Shown here one piece after another: positions 21,358-30,056 of a stretch of DNA of 64,000 nt. Origin of the DNA: a virus; IMG/VR virus record IMGVR_UViG_3300035670_000014, positions 32,001 to 96,000 of that record. One strand, given 5' to 3'. The position numbers and the translations under genes were made by a program. Numbering within the stretch: position 1 is the first letter of the stretch; every line of letters starts with the position of its first letter. The notes under the pieces were generated by a model that worked only from the letters and a program-made list of their open reading frames with translations, was not told the origin of the DNA and did no database searches.

Positions 21358-21522
21358 ATGTCTGATAGACAGGAATACCGCTATCCCTATCCGATACTTC
21401 TATCAGACTTACAAAGGCACATAGAAGCAGCATCTAAAAAGTTAAAGATGCCAATTGATCTTCTTGAAATAGTTCCAAATGAAACCCACCTCGTCATAAG
21501 AGTAAGGGAATTAGTAAAATAA
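21358..21522 (+). CDS. Small hypothetical protein (54 aa, not in the ORF track)
   Basis: MSDRQEYRYPYPILLSDLQRHIEAASKKLKMPIDLLEIVPNETHLVIRVRELVK; fills the gap and is TAATG-coupled to a 9-codon ORF at 21329-21358. Confidence 0.5.
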   Translation: MSDRQEYRYPYPILLSDLQRHIEAASKKLKMPIDLLEIVPNETHLVIRVRELVK

Positions 21523-21550
21523 ATTTAAATCAAACTTAATGGAGATATTA

Positions 21551-23341
21551 ATGAGTACAGATACTAGAGTTTCATTTGGTTCAATGGCAATATTAGTTGA
21601 AGCCGTCGAGAGTAATGCAGAGCTTAATGGGGTCCTTCCATTTAGCTTTACTGGAAATGAGATTGTAAATGTTGTATTGTTTAGCCGAAACTCTACAAGA
21701 GTTGTAACTCCGCTAAACGTAAGTACATTTAGAATGCTAAGTCAAACCTCAAAACTGTGTACTTCACTTGAGACAGTTAGAAATTCTAGATCGTCAAGCG
21801 AAGTTGGGAGATTCACTATAGCTGGAACTGGTAATCCAGTTACGGTATTTGGATTTCCTTATGAACTAATGCCAAAAGCAGGCGAGGTTACTTTTGGAAA
21901 TATATCTTCAGTAGGAATTAGCTCTAGAAGTTATCTACAAGAAAGATTTGATGAATCATCTGGAGAGTCTTTTGTTCCTATTATTATTAAGGCAGCAGAT
22001 TTCTCAGGAGTTGGTACTTTCAAAGTAGGCGACGTAGAATATCAAGTTGTAGGAGTCTGGGATTCCTTTCAAAACTTTACCTCGGGTAGCGAACTACCTC
22101 CTGATGAAGGAGGTGGAGGAGTTACCATCATTCCTAATGGTGGCACTCTAGAAGGCACCTACCAGGGAAGCGTAATATGTGAAGGTGAAGTAACAATAAC
22201 AGGTGGTTTACTTGTACAAGGATCACTTAATACTAAAGCTGGAAACTGCATAATAAATACTTTAAGTGAAGGTAATGACATTATAGTGCAAGGAGATTGG
22301 ATTTCCTCGCAAGTATTTAGTTATATGGGCGGAATTATAAGCAGTAACATTAGGATATATGGAGATTGGATATTTTCAAGTGTTAACCTAGTAAGAAATG
22401 AAGGATTTGTTTATGTACTTGGAGATCTAATTCAAGATATAGAAACCTATGGAGAATCAGAAGGTCAGTTCTATTTCTCTGTTTATACAGTAGACGGTGT
22501 AAATGGGGGTTTCATTGTGGTAGGTGGAGATTTAATAGTTCAACGATTTGAAGCAGTCGGAGGAGGACAAGATAAAGACTCAGGATCTGTGGGAAATGGA
22601 AGCTCCTTATTTGTAATGGGCAATATAAACTCTGAAACCATTCATTTATATGGTGGAAATATTACAAATGACGTAGAGGAAGTTTCTCTTCCTCAAGCAG
22701 GATCTGGCGGAGTTTTAGAGTGTGAAGGAAGTATAAACTGTGAAAATCTAGATCTATATGGTGGTAGTTGCTCTGTAATGGGACAGGGAGGAAATGGTGG
22801 GACTATACTATGCGGGGGACATTTAATTTCAAATTATATTAATTTAAATGGTGGTAATTCCTATGTAGAACAAGCAGGAACAGGCGGAATGGTAGAGGTA
22901 AATGGTTCAGCATCAGTGAAAAATACCATAAACCTAGCAGGAGGGGAGTCTTATGGAACAAATGAATATCCAGCAGGACCTGGAGGGTCATCTGGATCTT
23001 GCTATTTCTCTGGAGGTGGAAGCGTAGGGTATCTACAATTAACAGATGGAGGTGGAGTAGCTCCTACTGCGAATGCAGGGTTAGACTTCTCAGGAACCTT
23101 AAACGCTGGAACAATTGATCTCTCAATGAGATCAAATGTATATATAGTAGCAGAATCGGGATCAATTCTTAGAGTAAACTCTATGTCAGTAAAAGCAGCA
23201 CTCCATCATATTGTTGGTGATAACTATGTAGAATCTGGAGATATAAATGACTATACAATGGGCTCTATATTTTTATCAACAGGAAAGAATACAGAATGGA
23301 TGATCATACAAGGAGTTCCTGTTTCTAGCTTGTTCCCCTAA
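21551..23341 (+). CDS. Gly-rich beta-helix/beta-solenoid protein (spike, adhesin or decoration-like)
   Basis: GGAGA SD favours ATG at 21551. After a PPDEGGGG linker come repeated V/I-x-G-D/S-L/I and I-x-L-x-GG...G-x-GG units. Confidence 0.55.
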   Translation: MSTDTRVSFGSMAILVEAVESNAELNGVLPFSFTGNEIVNVVLFSRNSTRVVTPLNVSTFRMLSQTSKLCTSLETVRNSRSSSEVGRFTIAGTGNPVTVFGFPYELMPKAGEVTFGNISSVGISSRSYLQERFDESSGESFVPIIIKAADFSGVGTFKVGDVEYQVVGVWDSFQNFTSGSELPPDEGGGGVTIIPNGGTLEGTYQGSVICEGEVTITGGLLVQGSLNTKAGNCIINTLSEGNDIIVQGDWISSQVFSYMGGIISSNIRIYGDWIFSSVNLVRNEGFVYVLGDLIQDIETYGESEGQFYFSVYTVDGVNGGFIVVGGDLIVQRFEAVGGGQDKDSGSVGNGSSLFVMGNINSETIHLYGGNITNDVEEVSLPQAGSGGVLECEGSINCENLDLYGGSCSVMGQGGNGGTILCGGHLISNYINLNGGNSYVEQAGTGGMVEVNGSASVKNTINLAGGESYGTNEYPAGPGGSSGSCYFSGGGSVGYLQLTDGGGVAPTANAGLDFSGTLNAGTIDLSMRSNVYIVAESGSILRVNSMSVKAALHHIVGDNYVESGDINDYTMGSIFLSTGKNTEWMIIQGVPVSSLFP

Positions 23342-23344
23342 TCT

Positions 23345-24178
23345 ATGATAGATAGAGCAGTACTTACATGGATAAGTAAATCTGAAGAGTGGTCAGCAAG
23401 TAGCTGGCCACATCCAGATATACACAAGTGGAGCTGGAAAGCTTCTCTTGAATTGCTTAAAAAGCAATTCAGTGAGGTTGTTCTTTATACGGATAGCTAT
23501 GGATCTAAGCTTTTTGAAGATTTTAATTTCAGCGATATTCTTGTTTCTTTTGATAGTAATTACCCCAAAGAACTATGGGGAATAGCTAAACTAGAAACTC
23601 AGGCACTTCAAGTAAAACCTTTTGTTCACGTAGATGGAGACTTCTACCTCTTTAACTTTCCAGATGAAGCAAGAAAGTCTAAAGTAGTAGTGCAATCTAA
23701 AGAATATAGAATTGGAAAAGATTATGACAATTCCTACAAGTTCCTAAGAAAGCATAATCTATGTGAACCTTTTATGTCTAATCTTCTTTATAATGCTGGA
23801 TTCATAGGTGGTAACGATGTAAGTAAGCTGCATCAGTACTCTACATATGGATGCAAAAATGCAAAAGAGGCATTAAAGCTATTAGATAAAAAACAAAAAG
23901 CTGAGATAAAGCATTTAAACTTTTACTTCGAGCAATGTGAAATTGTTAGATTTTCATCAGCTCCAGATACTCACTTCCTTGGAAATCCTCACCAGTTTCT
24001 TGGATCTAGCAACTATAGTCATTTTATTAATCATATAAGAAATGCAGAAGCACTAGTTTTTCATTTAAACTATCTAAAAGAAGTAGAAAGAAAGTCAGGT
24101 ATATACATAGAAGATGTGTGCTCGGATGAAGCAATAGAAAAAATGAGAAAAGAAATAAAAAAACATTCAATAAAATAA
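23345..24178 (+). CDS. DUF6734-like nucleotide-sugar transferase-fold protein
   Basis: VVLYTDSYG...LWGIAKL...Q.KPFVHVDGD...VVVQ..E...YNAGFIGGND...FEQ; DxD motif present. Confidence 0.6.
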   Translation: MIDRAVLTWISKSEEWSASSWPHPDIHKWSWKASLELLKKQFSEVVLYTDSYGSKLFEDFNFSDILVSFDSNYPKELWGIAKLETQALQVKPFVHVDGDFYLFNFPDEARKSKVVVQSKEYRIGKDYDNSYKFLRKHNLCEPFMSNLLYNAGFIGGNDVSKLHQYSTYGCKNAKEALKLLDKKQKAEIKHLNFYFEQCEIVRFSSAPDTHFLGNPHQFLGSSNYSHFINHIRNAEALVFHLNYLKEVERKSGIYIEDVCSDEAIEKMRKEIKKHSIK

Positions 24179-24241
24179 TATATATAGGAGCATGGGATTG
24201 CCCTATATAATGAAGAAAAACTTTATTAAATAGGGTAAACT

Positions 24242-24910
24242 ATGACATGGCTAAAATCAGCAAGAAGTCTAATTGCAAGAGCAGGGCTATCTCTAATAGC
24301 TCCATCCAACGCCCCTCAAGTTGTAAAACTTGTAGAGACTAAAACAGAACAAGAGCTATATGGGGAAGCTATAGTTGCTTTAGCTAGGGAAGAAGTTGGA
24401 GTCAGAGAGATTCCTATGAATTCCAATAGAGGCCCCAGGGTTGAAGAGTACCAGAGAGTTGTAGGCGAGTGGGCTGTAGGAGGACACTGGTGTGCATCTT
24501 TCGTTTCTGCCATGTGTAAGTGGGCAGCAGAAAGATTACAAGAAGTTACTAATGTTCCAATCACTGGAGGGGTAACTAGGATGTGGAGGAAGTCCCATGA
24601 AAGAGGACTTCTTTGCTATACTCCTGAAGATGTTATAACTGGTCGAGTTGAAATAAAACCTGGTGACATATTCATACAATGTCATGACATAGAGAAAGTA
24701 AGAAGAATAAGAAATTTTGAAGAAATAAGCGCGCCTAGCCATACCGGTCTTTGTACTGGTGAATATGATAAAAGAACAAAGGAATACTTCACTATAGAAG
24801 GCAACAGCAATGTTGCTGGATCAAGGAATGGTGGTGGAGTATATGCCAGATCTAGAAACTTAGTAGATAATAAGCTAGTAGGCTTTATAAGACCAGAGTT
24901 AAAGAAATGA
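24242..24910 (+). CDS. CHAP-domain peptidoglycan hydrolase (endolysin)
   Basis: EVGVRE...SNRGPRVEEY, catalytic WCASFV, PGDIF, HTG and TIEGNS motifs. Confidence 0.85.
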   Translation: MTWLKSARSLIARAGLSLIAPSNAPQVVKLVETKTEQELYGEAIVALAREEVGVREIPMNSNRGPRVEEYQRVVGEWAVGGHWCASFVSAMCKWAAERLQEVTNVPITGGVTRMWRKSHERGLLCYTPEDVITGRVEIKPGDIFIQCHDIEKVRRIRNFEEISAPSHTGLCTGEYDKRTKEYFTIEGNSNVAGSRNGGGVYARSRNLVDNKLVGFIRPELKK

Positions 24911-25392
24911 GTAATAAGACTATTTATGTTGATTGTCAGGCTGTAAGTTCGAGTGAACTTTATGAGTTTTGTCTAAATGCACCCAATGACAAGAGTAGGT
25001 CAGTAAGGTATGTAGTCGTGATTAACAAGAATGTATCTGACTATGTACTACCAAAGGTAGGTAATGTAGAGTTTTTGAGGGCACCTGTAAGTGTAAATAC
25101 TATGAAACCATCAAGCGCAATTTCTGAAGCTAAAAGATTCCTTCTACAAAAGGAAGCTGAAGCCTTAATGGGAAAAGTAAAAGAAAAAATTGAAGAAGTG
25201 AAACCAGTCACTGAAGAAGTGAAAGTAAAAGCCCCCAAGAAAAAGAAAGAAGTAGAAGTAGTAGAGGCTCAGGAAGTTGAGCCTGTTGTTTCAGATAGCG
25301 AGGTTAGTCCTGACCAGGTGGAAGACCAGGCCGATGAATCCGGTAGTCAAAGCACCTACGATGAAAGTGGTGACTTTGGTAGTGAACTCTAA
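24907..25392 (+). CDS. Hypothetical protein with a charged low-complexity C-terminus
   Basis: ATGA-coupled to the endolysin; last gene of the + arm. Confidence 0.6.
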   Translation: MSNKTIYVDCQAVSSSELYEFCLNAPNDKSRSVRYVVVINKNVSDYVLPKVGNVEFLRAPVSVNTMKPSSAISEAKRFLLQKEAEALMGKVKEKIEEVKPVTEEVKVKAPKKKKEVEVVEAQEVEPVVSDSEVSPDQVEDQADESGSQSTYDESGDFGSEL

Positions 25393-25740
25393 CTTAGTCT
25401 TCTGTTCGCCTTCTTCCTTCGCCCTTTGAGCATTCTTTAAAGAGGATTCTTTGAATTCTGTGAGTGCTCTCTGGGCGTTGTCTATTTTAAGCTCTGTAAT
25501 AGAGTTTATGATAGACTTTTCCATGGCATGCATGTCAGTTCTGGTCTGGTTATGAGTTGTCTTCATTGTATCTTCTAAAGCAGATATACGATGATTGATT
25601 CTATGATCAAGATCTTTTATCTTATCATCAAATTCCCGCCTCATCTCTCTTGTATTTTCATCAATCTTTTTATCCAATTGATCACCTATATAGGCAAGAG
25701 TTTCACTGAGATCCTTCTGAAGAGTAATCACGTTGGCCAT
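25291..25740 (-). CDS. Coiled-coil protein with a C-terminal transmembrane helix (possibly lysis-related)
   Basis: SD GAGGA; heptad-rich body; hydrophobic TFIVGALTTGFIGLVFHLV tail. Confidence 0.65.
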   Translation of the reverse strand: MANVITLQKDLSETLAYIGDQLDKKIDENTREMRREFDDKIKDLDHRINHRISALEDTMKTTHNQTRTDMHAMEKSIINSITELKIDNAQRALTEFKESSLKNAQRAKEEGEQKTKLEFTTKVTTFIVGALTTGFIGLVFHLVRTNLAI

Positions 25741-25747
25741 TAAGTCC

Positions 25748-25966
25748 TCACTTTATCTTTAGGCGGGTTTTAATTAAAGACACCTCTGAAGATATTGTAG
25801 AAGTTATGATTTCAAGTTCACGGATTTTATCTTCAAGCAATAATCTGATTGCAGTTAGCTTAGAGAAGGTCACAGCATTCTTAAGTTGAGATTCCAAGAG
25901 TTCAATCTTAGATTCTAGAGCATTGATTTTTGTTATTAAATGGCTTATATCAGTTCCCGATGTCAT
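25748..25966 (-). CDS. Small coiled-coil protein
   Basis: 72 aa with leucine heptads; coupled to the holin-like gene. Confidence 0.6.
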   Translation of the reverse strand: MTSGTDISHLITKINALESKIELLESQLKNAVTFSKLTAIRLLLEDKIRELEIITSTISSEVSLIKTRLKIK

Positions 25967-26219
25967 TTATATTCTCACTGGAATCAACTGACAGGTTATT
26001 CTGTCTAGTTTTATTGTAAGAAACAGAACCAAGGGTATCTACACCAAAATAAGCAGCCCATATGGTTGTCATTAAAATGGTATAGTTGTTAGGATCCAGC
26101 AAACCTGCTGATAATAAACAAGTATTTAGAATAGAAAGAAAGTAGGAAGCAGAAAGCTTTCTACTAATATACCCCTCTCTATCTTTAAAAATACCCTGCA
26201 TTAAGTAATCTACAATCAT
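25950..26219 (-). CDS. Putative holin (two TM segments)
   Basis: SD AGGAGA. SRK motif followed by two hydrophobic segments ending AYFG, then a hydrophilic tail; near the endolysin. Confidence 0.5.
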   Translation of the reverse strand: MIVDYLMQGIFKDREGYISRKLSASYFLSILNTCLLSAGLLDPNNYTILMTTIWAAYFGVDTLGSVSYNKTRQNNLSVDSSENINDIGN

Positions 26220-26243
26220 AAGGTCTCCTGGAAAGTCAAGAGA

Positions 26244-26272
26244 ATTATAACTTAGTAAACTTAAGTTTCAAA
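26244..26272 (-). promoter_or_regulatory. Sigma70-type promoter for the holin-like operon
   Basis: Minus strand TTGAAA-N16-TATAAT immediately after a terminator and about 25 nt before the start codon. Confidence 0.6.
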
Positions 26273-26273
26273 G

Positions 26274-26299
26274 AAAAAAGCCCCTCTTTCAAGGGGCTT
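26274..26299 (-). terminator. Intrinsic terminator
   Basis: AAGCCCCT/AGGGGCTT stem followed by a U-run on the minus strand, after the 26328 stop. Confidence 0.8.
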
Positions 26300-26327
26300 C
26301 TTAGTAGGTAATAGAATGGCAGGCTAA

Positions 26328-26951
26328 TTAATTAGTTCGCCTTATGGCCATGTAGTATGGTGACCACTCTATAGCCTGGAATCTTTTATCCATCTCAAAC
26401 CTTGCCATGGCAGGAGCCAAGTCCATGGTGCTGACTTCAAGTCTTGCAAGATTCCTTGCAGCTACACCTTCAGCTCGAAGGGTTTCCCTATCAAGCTTAG
26501 GGTCGGTATGATAGTAAAGATAAAAGACATATGAGTTCTGAGATCTATCGACTTCAAGGCTAAAGCCTATTGCCTTAGGATCTGACAGGAAAGCTTCACC
26601 TACTGCATCTGCTACCTTAAGCCTGGTTAGGCGATCAGCTGTACCGGGAATCATAGACTTGACCATCCTGGTAGGATACTGCCCGCATAAGAATCCAATT
26701 GACTCTACAAGCCTGTTAGATTGCATGGCAAGGAAAACAGAGTGAGAGAAAGCTTGCTTATCAGCAAAGGGATTCTCTAGCTCAAGAACTGGTAAGGTAA
26801 TCAAATCGGGCTTCATAGTAGAGCCATGGAGTCGATTTACCTGATCAGCAATTTCTCTTTGAGATGTAGAGCTATTGATAATGTCACGAAATGCCTTAGG
26901 GCGGTTATCAAATACTGCATCTCTGGAGAGTACGCCTGGCGCTATTGTCAT
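26328..26951 (-). CDS. Hypothetical protein
   Basis: 207-aa ORF, ATGA-coupled to the upstream gene. Confidence 0.65.
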   Translation of the reverse strand: MTIAPGVLSRDAVFDNRPKAFRDIINSSTSQREIADQVNRLHGSTMKPDLITLPVLELENPFADKQAFSHSVFLAMQSNRLVESIGFLCGQYPTRMVKSMIPGTADRLTRLKVADAVGEAFLSDPKAIGFSLEVDRSQNSYVFYLYYHTDPKLDRETLRAEGVAARNLARLEVSTMDLAPAMARFEMDKRFQAIEWSPYYMAIRRTN

Positions 26952-27220
26952 AAATACCTATTGGTTGTTGATCTTGTAGTAATTTTTATGGGCGGGATAT
27001 CTAATATATTACATATCCTTTTAAGAATATATTCATATTCCTGCTTAAGTAAACCTTTCTTCTGAAAAAACATATCAGCCAAAGTGGCAGGGTTAATATC
27101 AGACTCAAGCCAGCTTAGAGCGGCTCTTTCTTCTAGGTTTAATTTCTTTAGGAGCAGAGACTCTTCTTGGAGTCTTAGGCTTTGGTTCTCTAAGTGTTGT
27201 TGGTAGGCTGACTGATTCAT
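26948..27220 (-). CDS. Small hypothetical protein, possibly HTH-like
   Basis: Fills the gap between rusA and 26951; its 5' end overlaps the rusA tail. Confidence 0.4.
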   Translation of the reverse strand: MNQSAYQQHLENQSLRLQEESLLLKKLNLEERAALSWLESDINPATLADMFFQKKGLLKQEYEYILKRICNILDIPPIKITTRSTTNRYL

Positions 27221-27605
27221 CGTAAGCAAGTGGTATGACTTCTATTTCGACCCTGGGAGAAAGCTTGTCGTATTTCTTCTTCAGGTTCATCTCAACAATC
27301 TGAGAGTCATCTTTATAGAAAGCACCATTAAGGGCATCGCAAGTAGTCTTAGGAAGATTAGGTAAATCCTTAACCCTATGACTACTTAGGTAGTAAGTAA
27401 TATTACATATTACAGGTCCCTTATCTATTATCTTCTTTCCAGTAGTAGTCAAGAAGTGTAAGCAAGCTGTCTTCACCATTGTCTCGTAGTTTTTAAACTT
27501 TGAATCATAGGTAAACTTGCCTCTGAACATCTTACCTGCATTAGACTTTGTTATTGGTTCTCCTAAAACCACCACTTTTAATGCCCTGTCCTGAAATGAA
27601 TCCAT
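27105..27605 (-). CDS. rusA: RusA-family Holliday junction resolvase
   Basis: GEPITKSN...DLPNLPKTTCDALNG..YKDDSQIVE..KKY...PRVEI. Start moved to ATG at 27605 (AAAGG upstream). Confidence 0.85.
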   Translation of the reverse strand: MDSFQDRALKVVVLGEPITKSNAGKMFRGKFTYDSKFKNYETMVKTACLHFLTTTGKKIIDKGPVICNITYYLSSHRVKDLPNLPKTTCDALNGAFYKDDSQIVEMNLKKKYDKLSPRVEIEVIPLAYDESVSLPTTLREPKPKTPRRVSAPKEIKPRRKSRSKLA

Positions 27606-28086
27606 TATTACCTTTATTAAATGAAGAAGAATTATTCCAGATAGTTTCAGTTTTAGAGAATGAAGACTTCTTTGTTTCTTCACTCTTTATTTTATTTGAA
27701 TCTATATTTAGAATAGCTTCTCTATAAGCTGTAAAGAATGAATCAGGAGTTAAAGACTTTAGGTCTTTATAAGAGTAAGCAAGATAGGCAAAGCCAGCAA
27801 GGTCTGCGTAGTAAGCTTTATCATTGTCAGATAAAACTTGACGAACGTAATTTGTTTCAGCCTTAGACTTAGCTATACCACCAAAGGTAGCAGGACTATA
27901 GTGTTGTTCGCCGTGTATTTCTACAACCAGCCTCCATGTAGGAATATAGAAGTCAAACCTATGACGTCCTGAGTTCCATTCAGGATTGATAAGGTTTACT
28001 GGGTACTCCTCTTCTATACAGGAGGCTGGTATAGAAAGTTCGTTCAACAAGAATTGCTTAAACTTATTATGATAAGAAGAAGACAT
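27541..28086 (-). CDS. Vsr/DUF559-like PD-(D/E)xK endonuclease
   Basis: EEY...RFDFYIP...VVEIHGEQHY...D..K motif. Confidence 0.75.
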   Translation of the reverse strand: MSSSYHNKFKQFLLNELSIPASCIEEEYPVNLINPEWNSGRHRFDFYIPTWRLVVEIHGEQHYSPATFGGIAKSKAETNYVRQVLSDNDKAYYADLAGFAYLAYSYKDLKSLTPDSFFTAYREAILNIDSNKIKSEETKKSSFSKTETIWNNSSSFNKGNNGFISGQGIKSGGFRRTNNKV

Positions 28087-28400
28087 TAGCCTACTGTGCT
28101 ACCTTCTGGTTTAATTCTGTTGTGATAATCATCAACATAAGATGCAAGCTCATTAAAGAGTTCCTCATCCTCTATCAGTTTTAGCTGATTAGTCAAAGGG
28201 TCTTGCTCCTCAATGTAGTATCTAATCTCTCCTATTGGATTGTCCATCCTAAAGTACACATAAGTATGCATACCTCTGCCTAGAAGTAGTAGCTGCTTAC
28301 ACTTCCATCCCTTTTGAATGACTGGGATGTCATATTGATTACCATCAATAATCCTTATATTACCGCCAGTATAGGGCATAACAATATTTGGTCTATCCAT
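28086..28400 (-). CDS. Hypothetical protein (weak DUF1292-like C-terminus)
   Basis: SD AGGAGA; LKLIEDEELFNEL motif. Confidence 0.5.
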   Translation of the reverse strand: MDRPNIVMPYTGGNIRIIDGNQYDIPVIQKGWKCKQLLLLGRGMHTYVYFRMDNPIGEIRYYIEEQDPLTNQLKLIEDEELFNELASYVDDYHNRIKPEGSTVG

Positions 28401-28423
28401 AAATCTCCTGAAGTTAATTTGTA

Positions 28424-29008
28424 TTAAGAGTTATTACTTGAGCCAAAGCCACCGGCTCCCCTTGATGTAGTCCTTATCTCTTCTGGTACTTCTTCTATAG
28501 AAGGTACTATTAGAAACTTTACCTCAGGATTAGGACTCCAAGCCTGGAACCACGGCTTACTCAAGTCAAGTAGAACAGGTGTAGTTACATCCGTCATGTC
28601 AACTTCGAGACGAGCCCTTGCCATTACTATACCTCTATAATCCCTGTCAATAAGACCAACAGTATTAAGAAGGTAAATAGAGGCTATATCTTTAACTTTA
28701 TTTAAAGATAGAGGTACTCCATCCTGCGAGTAAGCAGGGTGCTGTGAAAAGGTACCACCAAGAACAGAAGAGGCACTACTCCTCGGCAAGATAAGGTAAT
28801 CACCCGCTTCGGGAGTAGGATAAGTCTTTACTCCCAAAGAACAAGTAAAAGATGAAGACCTGTAGAAGGGAACCTTCCCTGTATAGGGCTGACCCTTGTC
28901 ATCGTTTACATGAAAGAATAAATCAATTGTTCCACTGTCATGTCCCTTTAGTGGAGTACTAGATCCAGGCTCTGGCACTACATAGATAATCTTATTGCTC
29001 ACTATCAA
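28424..29008 (-). CDS. dut: Trimeric dUTPase
   Basis: Motifs ILPRSS, NTVGLIDRDYRG, FQ, TSRGAGGFGSS. Confidence 0.9.
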   Translation of the reverse strand: MIVSNKIIYVVPEPGSSTPLKGHDSGTIDLFFHVNDDKGQPYTGKVPFYRSSSFTCSLGVKTYPTPEAGDYLILPRSSASSVLGGTFSQHPAYSQDGVPLSLNKVKDIASIYLLNTVGLIDRDYRGIVMARARLEVDMTDVTTPVLLDLSKPWFQAWSPNPEVKFLIVPSIEEVPEEIRTTSRGAGGFGSSNNS

Positions 29009-29345
29009 ACCTCTCTATGGTTTTGTTGTAAATTTCTAAGTATTGAGGACTCTCAAGTCTGCTTATTGCAATTCCATTGAAGATGGAATATGTCATCTCA
29101 GTCCTGTACTTGTCATGCAAGTACCAGTTAACCTTTGCCCAGTGAGGAATCCTGTTGCTTAATACAGCAGCCTCAATGTACATGTCAAAGTGTTGAGAGT
29201 TACCCTTGAGTTCAAGAAGAACATCGTCAATAGGTATTGACCTTGACGTTATATAAGAATGTAATTCGTTAAAAGCAACCTCAAAAATAATAGAAAAAGT
29301 CCGAGATAATTCTTTAGTTATTCTTTTATTCATTCTATTTAACAA
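28992..29345 (-). CDS. Hypothetical protein
   Basis: Overlaps both neighbours in the operon. Confidence 0.55.
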   Translation of the reverse strand: MLNRMNKRITKELSRTFSIIFEVAFNELHSYITSRSIPIDDVLLELKGNSQHFDMYIEAAVLSNRIPHWAKVNWYLHDKYRTEMTYSIFNGIAISRLESPQYLEIYNKTIERFDSEQ

Positions 29346-30054
29346 TCTTTCTATTAGAAGTGCAATCCATATAGTAGGAGCAGTTATAGTTCTTACAGTT
29401 ATAGATTGGTATATAAATCTTTTTAGCTATGCCAAGAGTTAGAGAGCTTATATAGCCATAAGAAGTTTCAGGGTCAAAGTTTCTTTTAGTCTGATAGTCT
29501 TTGATAGACATACCGTCATCGTCTACGCTTATTAGCTTTATCCACTGAGGTAGATTAGCAGCATTATCTGTCAACATCAAAGCGAGATCTACAGATTCAA
29601 AAAACTCAGCAACACTAGAATATAGATTAAACATATAAATCGTGTCACTGGTTCTTAAGAATTCATAGTAAGAAACTTCAACCTTATTAATAGTAAAAGC
29701 CTTATTCAAGCACAAAGATTCAATCTTCTTTCCAGATTGAATAACATTAACAAGAATATTCCTAAGGAACAAACAGGCTGATACTATCTGATTCATGTCA
29801 GAAAACAAAACAATTCTACCTTTAGATACAAGGTGTCTTTGTATTTCTTTGGCTTTACTGAGCATAGCCACTTCAGTTGGCATAGCTCTAGAAACTAATA
29901 ACTCATAACATAGCCATCTCCACAGCCCGTAATAGAGCGATACATCTGGTGACATTGGATTGTATAACTGTACTTCAGTACTGGGGTCCTTATAAGCCTG
30001 GTAGTACTTACCACACCTTGCATAGGATCTTAGTTCATCTAATGTAACATTCAT
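29335..30054 (-). CDS. Degenerate Cas4/AddB-like PD-(D/E)xK-fold protein
   Basis: N-terminal ELRSYARCGKYY and C-terminal P...NCKNYNCSYYMDC give a 1+3 Cys pattern; no clear catalytic D...D/E-x-K. Start moved to ATG at 30054. Confidence 0.5.
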   Translation of the reverse strand: MNVTLDELRSYARCGKYYQAYKDPSTEVQLYNPMSPDVSLYYGLWRWLCYELLVSRAMPTEVAMLSKAKEIQRHLVSKGRIVLFSDMNQIVSACLFLRNILVNVIQSGKKIESLCLNKAFTINKVEVSYYEFLRTSDTIYMFNLYSSVAEFFESVDLALMLTDNAANLPQWIKLISVDDDGMSIKDYQTKRNFDPETSYGYISSLTLGIAKKIYIPIYNCKNYNCSYYMDCTSNRKIVK

Positions 30055-30056
30055 AT

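Noticed and set aside
24179-24210. TATATAGG...CCTATATA inverted repeat before the endolysin
   Set aside because: AT-rich stem with no U-tract; too weak to call a terminator or operator.
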